Assembly (NCBI GenBank): GCA_036172245.1
Contig: JAYWIR010000036.1
Span: 1,984,001-2,048,000 of the forward strand
Direction: 5' to 3'
Origin: Raillietiella orientalis
Lineage: Eukaryota
Length of the DNA: 64,000 nucleotides
Positions 12,470-27,000 of this stretch are shown in pieces. The notes under the pieces are model-generated. The model did no database searches, had not been told where the DNA came from, and saw only the letters and a program-made list of their open reading frames with translations. The position numbers and the translations under genes are program-made. Positions within the stretch are counted from its first letter, which is position 1; every line of letters begins with the position of its first letter.

Positions 12470-13290
12470 CCACGCGGTCGCCAATGCGGGCGTGTGGCTG
12501 CAAACACCGCGCGTGGTTTCGAGCGTTGCGAATTTGAATCCCTGCGGTGCGGATCGATGCCGAGAAACGGATGCGTCCTGTGTTCGAGATTCTTCCGCAA
12601 GATGACGATAGTCGGTCCATAATCGGGTGAGGCACTGGTGCATGCTGATAAAAACTGGATACCCACGTCGACAGGCCGGAATTGAGAGAGCCGGGTGGAG
12701 CCTTTGGTGACCCTTTAGGAACCAAGGCTCCTTCCAGGGTTCCTCTCCGGTTGTCAGAATGGAGCCGTCCTTCATCCTCGGAGGGCTTCCTTCGCGGACC
12801 ATGGAACTGGCTCATTCCCTTGCGGGCGTTGCCTCTCCAGTGTTCAAGAAGCGCACTGCTCTCTGCGGAGTTCTCTTCAGAGGAGGAAAGAAGGGGCTGT
12901 TCCCTTGCTGGTTCGGTCCGGAGAAGAAATTCCAGGAGCGGTATCCTGGTGGGGTCCCTACGGAGGGAAGGAGGAAGAGGTGTTCTTCGGAGTTCCCTCG
13001 GTGACAACGAGCTCGAGGTTCACTACGCAGTTCTTTCGCTAGCGTAACAGGAATGGATTTCTTCTGCCGGAGGCTTCCTAGATCCTCAACGTGCTCCCTC
13101 AGGCGTGAACCTCTAGCTTGAAGTGTTTGCACGCACCTCGGAGGACGTGGATAGCGTTGAAGACTCCTTGAGCCTCCAGGCTGACGTTTTTTAGGTACTT
13201 GGCGAACCACGTGCTGAAGTTTTATTCCGCGTGGCACTTCGAGTTAGATTCGGAGCCATGGGGGATGAAGGAGAAGAAATAAAAGGGAAT
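12470..13290 (+). mobile_element. SINE-like repeat, copy C
   Basis: Degenerate B box gcgaatttgaatccc (~12528), core gccgagaaa...caagatgacgatagtcgg...ggcactggtg, and subrepeats homologous to copy D. Confidence 0.72.
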
Positions 13291-13299
13291 TAAGGTTCA

Positions 13300-14000
13300 A
13301 AAGCCACCTGTGGGCTTGCATCTCCTCCCCTTCCTCAGTGCTTTTCTCCCTCGGGAAAACAGGGAACACCTCATTGCCATCCAGGTGGCGAGTGACCTGC
13401 TGCATATCATGCAGGGCAAAGACCATCGAACGGTAGTCGTGGTGGGTCAAGAACGGATCAAAGTGTGTCTTGCAGTGTCGCGTTTATCTTCTGGAGGATG
13501 CTGGGAGGTTCGGTTTGTACTTTCCAGAAGGGTCCATCTCACTACAACCCTTGCAAAGTCATTTGCTGAGCAGGTGGCACCCTTATCTTGTTTTCTGCTG
13601 CAGGCATTCCCTGCTGCCACCATCCTGCTCAGTTGGCAGAAAGCTCCAGGCTATGCAGCTGCTTCCAGTGTGTTACACAGAAAGAGAGCTTCCACAATGC
13701 GTTGTGGTTACTCGCAGGTATATGGAGATCCGTCGAGAAGAGGTTTCCACAGAGAATGGATGGCATCATACTCCACAAGCAGGTGCAGGAGAGTGTTTCT
13801 TTTTCCTCACCTGCTTGTGGACTGTCTGCTTCCCTTCTCCAGGTCCAGCAGGCAAAGTATTCCATGTGAATCCTTTCCTACACAGCACCATAGGGATCTT
13901 TTTGATAAACCTCGTCACAGAAATCATTTTCCAGATGTTTAACTGTGATGAAAGCTATCACGCCAAAGCCACCTTTTGATGGGATCCGAAAGTATCAAAA
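13300..14000 (+). mobile_element. decayed LINE ORF1-like fragment
   Basis: 210-aa frame followed by a frameshifted knuckle-like FNCDESYHAK; weak similarity only. Confidence 0.4.
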
Positions 14001-14499
14001 AGGATGAAATTTTGGCTTTCTGGGAGTTTGGATACAGAAAATGTTGTTTCAGTTCTGCTGGTACCACAGCTGTCAAAAAGCAAAGTGAAGCTGAGCTGTG
14101 ACATCTGAATGAAGTTGCCAGAAAGCAATTGCACGACTTGTTCATTTTGAGATTTCTCTTCTCCATCTGCTATAAGCATCTTTTACTGTTGAAGCATCTC
14201 TCACTGGCACTGTTGAATCCTTAATTCACAGATAGGTCTGAAGCTGCCTCCTTATTCTAGAAGACCTTCCTCAAAAAATGCCTGGTTTGCTGGTTTGAAC
14301 AGAGAATTGCAAGCGGAATTTCTTGAATCCTATTTGCTGCTTTGAAGTTTGGAGAACACAGCTGGAAAACTTCTGAAACACTAACTGAAGAATGGAGAAC
14401 TATGGAAATTTGTCCATGAGATCAGATGACAGCAGTATGCGGCAGCTGAAGAATCGCAATATTGTAGGGAAGAACAGGCCACCCTCACCCACTGGAGCT

Positions 14500-17400
14500 G
14501 TTAGCTGAGGAAAGAAGAAGGAATCAGCCTTTTGAAAAGAATATGTGGGAACACATCCGTATGGAAATCCAAGCTAAGGAGGCACATTCATTACTTGAAT
14601 TTCCCAAAGCACTAAGTAAAAATTATAAAGTAAGAAATAGACAGACAAGTAGACGATCAAATTTTCTTCCTTACTCCAATTCAATTTCGTTTATCACATT
14701 TGGTGTCTCAGCGAATTGGCCACTGGTTGCCATTGCCTTGTGAAGGGATGGTGGTCAGGTGCCTCATCCTGTGCCCATGCTGCTGAGGTTTCCCAATTCC
14801 TTTCGATCCAACTATTCGACCCATGGAGCAGACTATGTGGTCGGATTGGCTCGTTAACAACACTGTAATAATTGATTGTGGTATTGAGAGAAATTGGGAA
14901 TTTCAAACTGATTGGAGAGCAACGTTTGCACCCCTCGATATTTGTACTATTGAGTCCCCATTTTTTCAGAATGTAAAGTAATTTGAAGTGATGTCACACT
15001 GCGATCATGACATTCATTTCCAGAATATTATGATTCAACGAAGATTCCTAAACCTTCATTCTTTAATCCTTGCCCATGGGTTGGACCTCTTGATGAAAAC
15101 CTGGAAATATCCAAATTAAGAATGGAAGATGGATTGGAGTGAAATCCAGGGATAATCATGTCTCAATCCCAGTTTGATGCACACACTCCCTGTAAATCTG
15201 GAAGACTACAGGGAAACTCTCCTGATGAAAACTGAAATTGTGCAGCAGAGTATTTTTGGATAAAAACATGCATTTTGCAATTGTTTGTCAAAACCAGCAT
15301 TATAGATTAAATGAGTCTGTAATTATGGAATTTGTGTTTTTTGCTTGTCTTGTATCCCTGTGCAGCATTGCAGAATGAAGGGTGATTTTAGTGACCTGAT
15401 TCCAATCTGTTGTTATTTGTAAGTTTGTTGCAAATCTCACAAAGGTACCTTTGCACACTGTCCAGCAAGTGAAACTATTTGAATGCGTGCTTTCTGTTTG
15501 AAATGACCAATGGGTTCATTCAATCGAGCTGGAAACTACTCGGTGATATGAGGACTGCAACCCCTTTTTGTATGATTGCTTGCTTTCTGCATTCATGGAT
15601 TTTGTTTGGTTTGTAGAATTAGGGAATCATTAGGAGTGTGGAGCTATGTGTGGTCAGATGTATTTCTAAGGCTTTGCCACGTGCAAGAAATGGAAAGATT
15701 ATTCTTCAAGGACACAGGAATATTTTGAAAGGTGCATGAGTGCCAGAAAGCGATCCGTTTCGTTTTGGTGGAGGAAAGATGGCACTTTTCTTTCGGAGGC
15801 AAAGACTTCTGATCAGCCGTGCTGCAGAGTTTCATTTGATGTAGGTTGGTGGTTTTACTCTTGAAGGAACTTTTCAGTAAGTGCGTAGGCATCTATTGTA
15901 TTGCATAGATCTGTGGAATGACTTATTCAGTGGCGAGGTTGCGGCACGGCAGGAACTGTTTACCCATTTCAGATTACAGTCGTTATTGATGGAAAAAGAA
16001 AATGGTGAGGAAAGTGGTGGAAAAGGATGTCGAGAGGAGTAGTGTTGAACATGCACTCCACTGCAGTCTCCTATTTCTGTTCATATGTTGATTGAGTTTG
16101 GTGAGTGCGAAGAGTGCTCGGAATAGACGTGGGAAAGTGCTGTTTCTTGTAGGGGTTTCTGGAGCTGGACAGCGATTCGATGAACCCATTGGTCATTTTA
16201 ACCGGAAGCGCATTCTGTGTGTGGCTGGAACGCTTCCCTGTCCCGGAATCGGTGTGCTGTCATTGCGTTGCATCTCATGGGAAACGTGAAACTGTATCTG
16301 TAGCCAGTGATTTCCAAGCTTGGAAAATTTTCGCATAGGGCATCGGAAAAGCCTGAGTACCTGCAAGTTGCCTTCTGGAACGGTCTCGTTGGTGGTTGCC
16401 AAGGATACGGAACCGTTGAGGCATCTATCGTCTGCTGAACTTTCCGAGTCAGCGGGTGGGTATTCATTCCGTTGGCGTGTGCCACACGAGGGAGACGGTG
16501 GAAACGCTGCGATGTGCTCTATTCGGAAAACACACTTTTTGTCTCGTAACGTCAATTTCCAGCGCGGACCTTTGCGTGCCTCGATTCTGCGACGTGTTCC
16601 CGAAAATGCCGGAGGAACACGGCGTGTTTCTGATGCATGTTCGTGTATGCCGGCAGCGAGTCCCAAGCGTGGAGTTGCAAACGTAGAATTTGGGGATTTC
16701 TTTGCCGTGCATTCTGTCTGTGGCAACGCACGCGGACGTTCCTTCGAAAGGCAGGCTGTCTGTTGCAGTCGCTCCTTGATCCCATCCGTGGCAACGGAAG
16801 TGAGTTCAAGGACCACTCTTATGTCGCCCAGGTGAGTGGCGTGGGCGCGCGTTTTGGTTTCCTTCCGCACGCTTGAATGGAGAGTGCACTCCTTGCTGAG
16901 TGGCTTCCTATGTAAGAGTAGGAACTGAAATCCATTTCACTCAGGGAGGCATTCCCTTAGGAAGAAGTGTTCAAGCTCCAGGCCTGCAGAGCACGCAGTG
17001 TTTCCTCAGGTGTTGCTGATATCACGGTGGGTTGCCCTCGTATGCTTATTATGAGGAAACCACTTGGGATCGATTTGGGATTCGTGATGATGGCTGGAAT
17101 CCGTGAATTGCTGCAGTCACGAGTCGGAAACCTCAGATGGCCTTCTTAGCGCATTCCTTCTTTTCTTGAAGATGGTCTTTGTCCAGGACTGCGGCGGGAA
17201 CGCGGCACGTGTCCGCAGCTGCGTGCATTCCGTTTTGTTGCCGCCGAAATATTCGGCACCGTATTTGAAGGCAGGCAAAGCACGCGTTGGCTGCTGAAGA
17301 AGGGTCGTACGTTCCAGCGAGGCAGGCGCTTCGTCAGACGTTGCACGAACAGTGTTTTTGTTTTTTTACGGATGCTTTGCAATCGGTTCGCTTCTTCTGA

Positions 17401-18250
17401 GCAGCCCTTGGCATTGTCCCGGCAGAGTGATTCAGCATTCACCTGAATCTTCAAGGTGTTGCACCTTCAAAGGTGGCTTTTGTTGCTTTCTGTGCAGCAT
17501 CTTGTTGCGGTTGCTCTTCAGCTCGTGACGAAGCTGTGCACCAATTCGGGCTGCATGTCGGCTGATGCCTTTGCTAGCTGACATCTGCGCGGGTGAAGTC
17601 TCTTACGCAGGCTGCGCACAGAGAATCTCTCTTTGGTGTCTTCGCTTGATGAGCTTTTGGTTCTGCCAAGGGTTTCGAATTGCTTGCCACACTATTGCAG
17701 ATGAGCGAAAGCAATCCTCATAATGTCTTGTCGAGGTGGCGCGCTTTTTCCCGGATGCTTCCTTCTGCTTGTATGTGGACCGCGGTCTGCGTTATGCCGA
17801 TCACTGATTTTCTCTCTGTCCTTTATCGTTTCCTCCGCGAATCGCTGTTTGCTGATGCCTTGCATACATGTATTTGATCGAGCTATTTATCTCGTGAGTG
17901 AACCATCGCACCAAAGAAGCAACCGGTCCTTCAGGCACTTTCTCATGGTATCTCATCTCCGCGAGTGGTGCTTTTTCAGGACGCTTTCGGAATGGAATCT
18001 TTGCTCTGGAAGCTGTTCTCGGAGTTTTACAGATGTCGCACGCGGCGGTGACCTCGAATTCCGTGACTACGAATGAATCCAGGTCAGAGACCAGCAATGG
18101 AATAAGCGTCATGCCGCATTCGGCAGTGACAGACGCGTTCGTGCCAAAGTGCCTGACGGCGCGCCACGCAGGTCTGGTAGCCATAACACTCCGCTAAGAG
18201 TTCTCAGTCGACTGGGAAACCGTCTGCCACGTGGTTCAGGTTGAACCTGC
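14500..18250 (-). mobile_element. old, heavily decayed LINE (possible ORF1 to ORF2 remnants)
   Basis: Faint ordered remnants: KSFHR (KAFDR) near 15920 and a zinc-finger-like DEAPDHHPF near 14750; many stops and shifts. Confidence 0.4.
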
Positions 18251-19569
18251 TTACAAAGTGTGAGCCTGATCAATGCCCCAACTAATGCTTGGTTTTCCAT
18301 CGAGCGCGAAAACCTAAGGATGACCATTTGGGGAAAAATGGGCAAAATTCGAGGGACATCGCCATCTTTCTCTAGTACTTCTTTTCTCTAAGGGTATGCA
18401 TGTTGCAGCAATGTTTGCTGCTGCTGCTGATCAACTCCGCTCCTGGCATCGGTCTGCAGACTTGGATTCCATCTGTGAGCACCCGATGTCCGATACTCAT
18501 TTCAAAGTATCAGCAGGTGGTGTGTGGGCCGGAAATGGACACAGCATTTTGTAAAGTTCTTGGTGGTTTTCCGTTCAGATTGCTTCGACCGTATAACCTC
18601 GCGCTGGTCAAGTTCGCACTTTCAACTTTAGTGATCTATTAGATCTACCCCATCACAGTCACATTCGGCACGTATTACATCAGTTTCGTGGAGGTTCAGT
18701 GGGGTTTCCACCTCTAAGCCTCCACCGTACTATCGTATTTCATGAGATGTGCATCCCTTTTTGATTTCTCAACAGCACTATTCTGATTTCAATTCCTCGT
18801 AGGGCACGAGTGAGGGCCTAATGGCATACAAGGACTCAGACTGGTATGCTTAAGACTCGCGATCTCCGAGTGAATCTGTAAGGAAGATCATTCCTGCCAC
18901 GTGGATGACTCCACGACGACCTTCATTTGAGCACTTTCAAATGTGTGCGACATTTTCGATCGGTGCTTCGGCCTGGAAGTATACACTCATTCTCTTATGA
19001 GGCTCACTTGAGCTTCAAGGAAAAACCTGTTCAAGGAAAATGGCGAAATTTCTCTGTCTCGCAGCCTCATGCTCCACTTCGTGAGAAATCTATGCACTTT
19101 TAGTCATGTCGAGACGGATATTTTTGAGGGAGGTGATAGGTGAGATGTGAGCTATCTTTTATAGGGAAGGTTTTAACTCTCGGTTTGAGCGCAGAGGGTG
19201 GGCTCAGACAGAGATCGTGAACGTTTTATGTTGCCTTCTATACCCAAACGTCATTTCGTTTAGGGATAGGGATTGATTGAACGTATTCTAAAAGCAATCC
19301 CTAATGTGGGATAAAAGAGCTTATTGGTTCTGTGATGAACATTGTGCGAATCCCTTCGCTCGAGACGAAATTCTCTAGGCAACCTGCAGGGATATCTTTC
19401 GTGAAACATTATGTGCATTTCTCCCGTCCCGTTGTTTCCATGACTGCTCTCCGGAAGATCATTTGAGAGAAAATGGGAACACCAGGCAGTAAAAGCGCAC
19501 AGAATTTGAAAAACTTTCAGAGTGGCTGGGAAGCCGTGCGCCTGTAGTGGACTCGACAATTCGTACATC

Positions 19570-20200
19570 GAATTCGTACTCCGGGAGCCTCATCGAGACT
19601 CATCATCTCTTCTTAGTCTGTTGGAGCGTCAATGGAAGCATGAAGGCGCCCGGGAGCAGTCTGTGGTCAAAACCCTGCTCCCGCCCGAACCACCTCGGAA
19701 AATAGAGTGCCTTTCGTAGATCGAAGTCGGGGAACATGGAAGGCGGTGCAGGAGAAATAGACTACCGGCGCGCCCACTCACAAAGTCGCCTTTCCTCTGA
19801 AGCCGCCCTCGTGCAGAGTTTGTTGGTTTCCGTTTGCACGGAAGCGGTCAGTCAAGGGAGACAAGAAGTGTTACAAGTAGTTCTGTATTGCCAAGCATGG
19901 AGAAGTGTCAGGGGATTGCTTTGCTGCAAAGGCGTAGTGGAGCTGTCTGCAGAAAAGGTTGTGGGAGCTGGACCCGTTCCAGAATGGGAAGCCCCTCTTG
20001 CCGGAACGGGTTGTCATGTGCAATGCGTTTGTGTTCTTCGTCTTGGTCCTCCTCCTCCTACCTTTTGTTTGTCTTTGTCCCAAAGTCGTTAAAAGGCGCA
20101 CCGAGGTCTGGAAGCCTTTGGGGGAACTCAGAGGTTCTGGGTCCGCTGGAAGAACACGCGCGTTTCGCGTCGGGACGGTTGTCTTGCCCTCCTGACACTG
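19570..20200 (+). mobile_element. decayed L1/Tx1-like RT C-terminal fragment
   Basis: LDPFQNGKPLLPERVVMCNAFV...PFVCLCPKVVKRRT is paralogous to LGPFRNDKFYLQERCPMWNAFV...LFVCPPPSSIKRRT at 6740-6870. Confidence 0.7.
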
Positions 20201-20699
20201 ATGCGGACGAAATGCCAGTTGCACCTTAGAACATTAGCGCTGGAGGAAAAATAATGGGCCACTCATTGGTGCTTTTCAGAAAAACTGCTTGTCAAGCGAA
20301 GAGCCTGTTCAGAGGGAACGACAGCATTCCTCCTTTGCAGCTACCGAAGACTGTTCCAACTGTTCCCATGCAAGTGTGAGCTTCGGCAGATAGTTGCCTT
20401 GGTACAGGATTACGCATGGCTTCCCTGCTATCCCGCAAACAGCAGTTCCTGGAAAGAGGAGAGAGTTCAGACGAGGGCGAGAATGGATGACACGAGCTTG
20501 GAGGAAGCGCTGCGTCTGTAGTATTCCACTCACGCTCGCTGCTTGTTGAGGGGGTTCATGGAACGTCTCAGAATGATATCCTGGTCCTAAAGAACCCTGT
20601 TTTCTGGAGCATTCTCCTGCCTTCGAAAGAGGCTGGACTTTGACTACCGGTGCAGGTTGGTGTCTTTTTGAGATCTGAGGACGAATGCTACTGGCCATA

Positions 20700-22500
20700 A
20701 TGTTCCCCTCGTTCTTCTTCCTGAGCTAGTTTCTCTTCCGTGTCCTTTTCCTAATGCGTCCCCCGTTTCCTGAAGAACGTGGTAAGGTGGAAGGTTGCAT
20801 GAGGGCGCAGGCGAACGGCAAGGGCACTGCCAATTTGCGCCTGCGAGCAGCAATGCGCGAAGCTCGCCGATCGTCCTGTGGGAGGGCGTCCAGCTGCGTG
20901 ATTCCCAAGACAAGAGGCGAATGCAAGACTGGGAAGTGCATGCCCACGCCTCACCTCCTTGCGGAACCACCAGGCGACTCTGCGACCCTCAATCCGCAAA
21001 TTGCCAAGGTTTCGTTTATACGTATGATAGGGGAAACCTCGTAAGAACACGGGTTCACAAGCAGGATGAATTCTTTTGGTCTCACGGAAGCGTTTTCCAA
21101 GTGTGGATGATGTTTGCCAAGAATTCGAGGATCTTTTCGATGATCAGCGAACATGATCAGACATGCCTGCGTCGTTGAGGGCCACCATTGAGACCGAGTC
21201 CTGAGCACATGGTCACTGCCATCAGGAAAAGAAAGGCAACGTGGTTGGATGGACCGCTACCAGCGTTCACAACGTCTCCCCTCCTGACACAGAGAACATC
21301 GGCACCATCAGAGGATACTCCACGTTGTGGCGTCGTGAGAACACCTACTGAGCACCGGGTGAATTGGAGGAACACCCGTGAGATGGGCTGCCAGACCACC
21401 TAAAAAAGATCCGAAAGGTGGTCCAGACCACCTCTCATTACACAGACAGACATGTAGCGTCAAGTTGCTGCTATCAGCAACTTTTGTCGCACCCTGAGGA
21501 GCACCCTCATCAGGAGGTCGACGCTTGGAAGGGGTGGGCAGCCTCTCGCCATTGGAATGTTAAAGGAACGTGTGGGAAGGGGAACTGCTCGTGGCTTTCA
21601 GCTGCACCTTGCGAATACCCAGGAAGGTGCTAATTTTGCGTAGGTATCTCGGAGGCTGCATGTCTTCTTTACTTTGCTGCTGTTCGCGAACACTTGGACG
21701 ACATGGCGCGTGTTGCTCGGCATGGGCCAACCGAGTGCGTTCGCGTTCGCCTGTGTTCGTCTCTGGCTTGACGCCGTGCTCGCAAGCTTGCGGCTGCAAG
21801 TGTATCTTCAGGCGTGTGCAGCAAGGGGCCCATTCCAAATTTGCCAGCTGCGTCGTAGGTCGCTAGCTGCGGACTTCCGCGCTTCAGTCTGAGGACCATA
21901 ATGCCCATCGGAGTGAAGACAGAATCCGCGGTGCGACGGATTTCCTTGGAATTCACGCTGCATTTTGCTTTCGGAAGACCTCAGTTCTTCCTTGCAGCCC
22001 TTCGTTCCCTTTCGGCCTTCGTGTGCAGGTTTTCAGAATGGCATTTCCGTCCACACTTGATCCGTGCAATTTCTAAACTGCCAGAGTTCAATCAGAGGTT
22101 TCACCCTCAGGGATCTTTTCGAAAGTTTTCTTTTCTAACGGAAATTGCGTTGGATGAGGGCTCCACGCTTTGCAAGGACTTATTGCCTGCCATAAGGTCA
22201 ATCCTTTGGCATCCTCTGGTACGCATCGAAGTGCGAGGCTGGTGGAAGACTGAAGGAATGGTGCATTGGTAATCACCGTGAACTTCACCTCAAACTCTGT
22301 TGTGACGTCAGCCGAGGATGCGCAGAAATTTCTTTCATGGTTTCTCACTCCAGCTTCCGTTTCAATGTACTCTCGGAGTAAATGGAAGTTTGTGGTTCAC
22401 GAAGTTCCGCTGGAGCTCCTGGAACCTCGGAAACTTTTTTCTATCCTTCATGCTTGCCCGCGGTCGCACGACTCTGTACATTTCCTACGGCATCTCCCCA
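20700..22500 (-). mobile_element. decayed LINE ORF2 fragment (linker to RT start)
   Basis: Weak: a basic linker SLRARRQARDEHRR, then RKDPRILGKHHP resembling KxDPxxxxNWRP. Confidence 0.35.
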
Positions 22501-23399
22501 CGTGCAGCGCGCTCATCTGGAGCGGCGATCGGTAAGCGGATACTGACTTCAAGAACTACAGGAAATGCTGAAGCAGTGGACTTGATTGCTGCCCATGAGC
22601 CCAAGACGTGCTTTTCGTGCCTGCGTACTGCATCAGTCGACGCAGGGAGCAGTCTGAATTCCACCTTGCGTGGATGGGTGGTACACTGAAGACTGTGCGT
22701 GGTATTTCATGAGTGCACGCGACCAATCCATCTGCTCGAATGGGCATTTGCCTTCGATCTTCTCAGAGCGGAAGCTGCTGCCCTAATTGCTCGCAGGAAT
22801 TTATGTGCATTTCGTTTGCAGACGCACGCATGCGTGCATCCAGAAACGCTTCCAGGTCCAAGGCTGCTGGACGATAATGGAAGGCACCTTTACTTTTCAA
22901 GTTTCGTTCGTTAACATAAGGTGTAAGGGAAGAAGTCTTTTTCTTCCAGCGATCCCTTCGTGCAGTTAACAGAAATGCTGCTTTTGCTTTAGCACACTTG
23001 GGCGAATTCTAATCTCGCATCGAGGTCTGTTCTATTTCGTGCAACGCAGCGTCTGAGAGCCCTAATTCGTCAAGTGCTCTTCTGCATGGGTTTCGTAGTG
23101 CCTTCTTAGGTTGGGGGCACGCAACACTTAATACATCAAAGCTCCGCCGGTGACCTCAGCTTCTCTCGTGCATCATCCAAAAGGTGTCGCCCTCATTGCA
23201 GAAACTCTCACGGAAAAGAACTTCCCATCTTGAGGGATCATCGCTAAGCATTGCTGATGGCAATTCCACAGAGGAAATTCGACGGCGCATACAAATCTGA
23301 GGAAAGAGTAGCATTAGAAGAGTGTTTCTCGGCATTTCCTACCGTCTCATGGCTCCTCTCGGAGCTGCTCTTGAAGATTCATGTCGGCACCTCCGCCGT

Positions 23400-25100
23400 C
23401 GCTCCCGTTTTTTTTTTTTGCACCTTTAATGACGGCGAACATTCTGCGCTCTGGCGAGAGAAACCTGAACTCTCCCGAACGGAGTTCGTTCCGTCCTTGC
23501 GTGCGGGTGGCAGCTCGCAAGAGATGACAAACGGTCCACCATGAATGTCCTCATTGACCTTTGAGCGGCGTGTTGGTTCGCACCTCGAGGAATGCCAACC
23601 TTCAACCTTGCAGAAATAAATCTGAAAGGAAGGCCGATGTGGCGGTAGGCAGCATCCGAAACGCGCGAGTCGTGTACCGGAATCGTTGGAAGGATATCCA
23701 ACCTCATCCGACTCGGAGGAACGACCTGCTTCTTTTTTCGATTCTCAGAAGCGCGGCCATTCGCGTCTGCAGCCCAGGAGCCGGCACGACTCGTGCTTGA
23801 AGTGCAGCGCCATCGAGCGTTTGCTCTTTCGGATACTTCCGCGGCAGAAACACCTGCGCGGAGGTTTCTCCGTGTCCAATCCACGGCAAAGCGAGCACAT
23901 TGCTGAGTGCCTCCTCGATCTCCGTTGCCACTTCCACTTCTGAGGCGGCAGATGCGAATTCGGTGCAAGCAAGTCGCGGCCGTCTGACCTCTTGTCCAGC
24001 ATAGAGCTCCGTTTCTTACTCTGAAGAGTGCCCGACGTGGTCGCGGTGCGGACGCCGTCCTCCCTGTAGTCCGGAAGAGCCCTGAAACTTCCCATCGCGG
24101 CTACAATATCTGTCCAGAAAAACAGTGGTGACGAAGATGTCGCTGCTGTGTTCTGCTGCACCAGGGAGGAAGAATCTTTCGGGGGCAGAACCATGCGTGG
24201 GCTGCCACGCGCAGAAGCGAGGAAAACAAACCAGCCGGTGATATCGTCAGCACGCAGGAACGATCTCCGTCAGGTTGGTCGTGTTGCCGTGTACGCCTCC
24301 AAAGGCCGGCAATCCATTGGCAGCGGCTGCATGCTTTGCCAGTGCCCAAGCGCTGTTGGGGTCGCAGGGTGCGGTGATGCTTGTGGAGATGACACGTCAA
24401 GCACGCGCTGCGAAAGCACGCAGCACGTCGGAAAAGACAAGGCAGGAAGGCTCGCTGTGGCGAGATGGGATGCAATGAGGGATCGTTGCTCGGAGTTGGT
24501 GGTGCGGAAGAGGGAACTGCCGATCGTTCCCATCTTCGGGGCTTTCCATCCATTTTTCAAATGATGCTCCATTTCTCGTTACATGTGTAGAAGGATTCTA
24601 TCGCAATCGAAAGCAGCAGACGTTGAGGTGCAGAGCCCGTACTCAACTATCTTCACGTGCCCTTCTCAGTGTCTTTAAATGTCATGGGACCAAGGGGTTG
24701 CCGACTTGGGAGCAGGCGGCATCTGAATCCAAGATAAGGCCACTGTCCCTACGTATTCGTCAGCGAAGCTGCTACTCGGATAGTCTTCTGCTGGTGCTGT
24801 GCCTCCAAGCCAACTCGGACCGCGAAGATGTCGCACACGCAACGTGCCCACCTGGAGCGAAGTGTAAAGCGTAGCATAGAGGATGCCTCCGCGTGCATCT
24901 TCCGGCTGCGGTAGCGCCACTGCCGGAAACTCTCTCAGGCACAGAGGGTGACATAGCGGTCCACGTGCTGACCTGACAGAGCGCTCTTGAATTCCAGGGA
25001 AGTTTCAGCCTGGAACGGGCAGGGTCCACCCCAAATGAGACCCAGAATCCTATTCGTGCTTTCTAGCGCGAAGGTATTTTTTGAACAGATTCGAAACGCG
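23400..25100 (-). mobile_element. decayed L1/Tx1-like ORF2 fragment
   Basis: Contains an 89-bp block ~93% identical to the endonuclease region at 4701-4789; the remainder is weakly ORF2-like. Confidence 0.55.
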
Positions 25101-26599
25101 ACTATCCCTGGACGTCTTCCCAGACAGACTGCTGCTACCCGAGCTATATGCCCTGCAACTAGGACATGCCTGTTTCTGGATGTTCAACCATGGAAACGGA
25201 GGGAGAAAAGATTCCCCGCTTCCGAGAGTAAGGTCGCTTTCGGCTCCCTCTCTGCGATTAAATTCGAATGCCGTTCACGGGAGTGTTTCTGCTGACCTGC
25301 GTCTCTCGGAAAAAAACAAAAGTCATGAGCTGCTGAAGCTGTCGCTGACTCCTACGGTTTGCCCTTGTTGCATGGCCTTTTGACCTGCTCGCTTTCTCCT
25401 GCTTTGGTCCCCAGGAGAAAAAAAAAAAAAAAATGGAAGTGCCAAGTGTGGATCGAGTCGGAACCAGCCACAATCCAGCGCTTGCACTGGACCAGTGGCT
25501 GCCGGAGCATCCACCTGCTCATTGGAACTCATCTCGATTCTGCTTGCCTTTTCCTCTTCGATTGCTCTCGGTTCGCCTCTTCACTCCAGAGACATTTCTT
25601 TGGACTCCTCTTTAAGTCTGGATCTCATTCATTTCTCTGGTTCAGGTGCGACCGACGCATCGCTGCTTGGAGCAGGAATTCCGGCTGGAAGCAAGAAGGA
25701 AATGCCAGGTGCCCACTGCGTTTCTTTCATCTCATGGACGCCGCGGGGAATTTCGAAGGCCGCACCTACTGAGGGCAAGTCTCGAGATCACTGATGGCTC
25801 CACTTGCTGAAGAGTCCCTGGTCTTTCGAAACTCTCCCGGAAGAATTTCCATGGTAATGAACAGCGAATGCACTGTTGCTGGCTCGCTCTCAATCCGTTC
25901 GCAGGGCGTGAACCGAATCTTTAACCTCAGCGCATGCTGCTCATGGGCTATCTGACCTTTCTTTTTGACCGTCTCGAGACAACTCTTTTCCATTCCACTT
26001 TTATTTCCTCCACATCTCTTTGTCCTCCGACCGTGCTAGCGGTAAGCATTCTCCGGTCTTATGGTTTCTAGGAGAAGACTGAAGGTGGGAATAGGGATAC
26101 TGGAGGTAAGGATGCTGGGTCTCCTTTTGGAGTAAGATGGATGAAGAGAAGCGAAGGGTTGTGGTGGATGGAAAGGGGTTGTCGACGCAGGAGATCCACA
26201 GCGTGATTGCTAGGGAGAGGTGGACAGTACATGGAGCGAGTCCTGATGCGTTAGTAAGAAAGGATGAAGGGGGGGAAGGGGCAATAAAAAGTCTTCGTGG
26301 AAGGCATGGTTTGTGCGTGGAGACAGTTGCTAATGGCTTGTGATAGTAGCTCAGTTGGTTGGGCGAAAATATGAGGATCATTTCAAAAGTAAGGGCGGGT
26401 CGGATAGAAAGAAAGAATAAATAAGAGAAACAAAAGTGCATTGGCGGTCCTAAACGCATGCACCCCCATGTCACCCTTCTACGTAATCACCATTTTTTTC
26501 TCAAACGCTCTTGATACGGTGGAACAGGTTTTTTGAAATGGGAGGCCGGGGGAGGAAGTGACCTGTTCGCACCCCCCCCCTTCCTCCCCCTGGATGCAA

Positions 26600-27000
26600 T
26601 CTCCTCCGGAAGCGAGATGGCCGCTCCGGCAACCCCGGTGCGGGAAGAGAGTCTTCTCGGGGTGCCATTTAAAGCGTCCACACAGAGGACAGAGACGGGG
26701 AGGGAAATTCTTTCGTGAAATGTGACGTGGCCACATCGACGATCTTCCCGAGGATCCCCCCCACCCCGCCCTCCACTTCCACTGAGGGAGCGAAGGCGAG
26801 GCCTTTGTAAACCTCTGCAGCTCCCGTCCCGGGACACCGATGCCTGCTTGTCCCTGTTCAGCGTAGGAGGAGGAAGAACGAGGAAAAGCAGCATCTATTT
26901 TTCGAGGGAGGGAGGCATCGCAGGGTTGGATCCCCGGGGTTCTCTTTCCACAGTACCCATCTTCTTCGGTCCTCAGCAATTACCTTCTTGTCCACAGTAC
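26600..27000 (+). mobile_element. decayed RT thumb-region fragment
   Basis: SLLGVPF (YLGVxF) and IYFSREGGIAGLDP (LYxPxxxGGLG) remnants. Confidence 0.35.
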
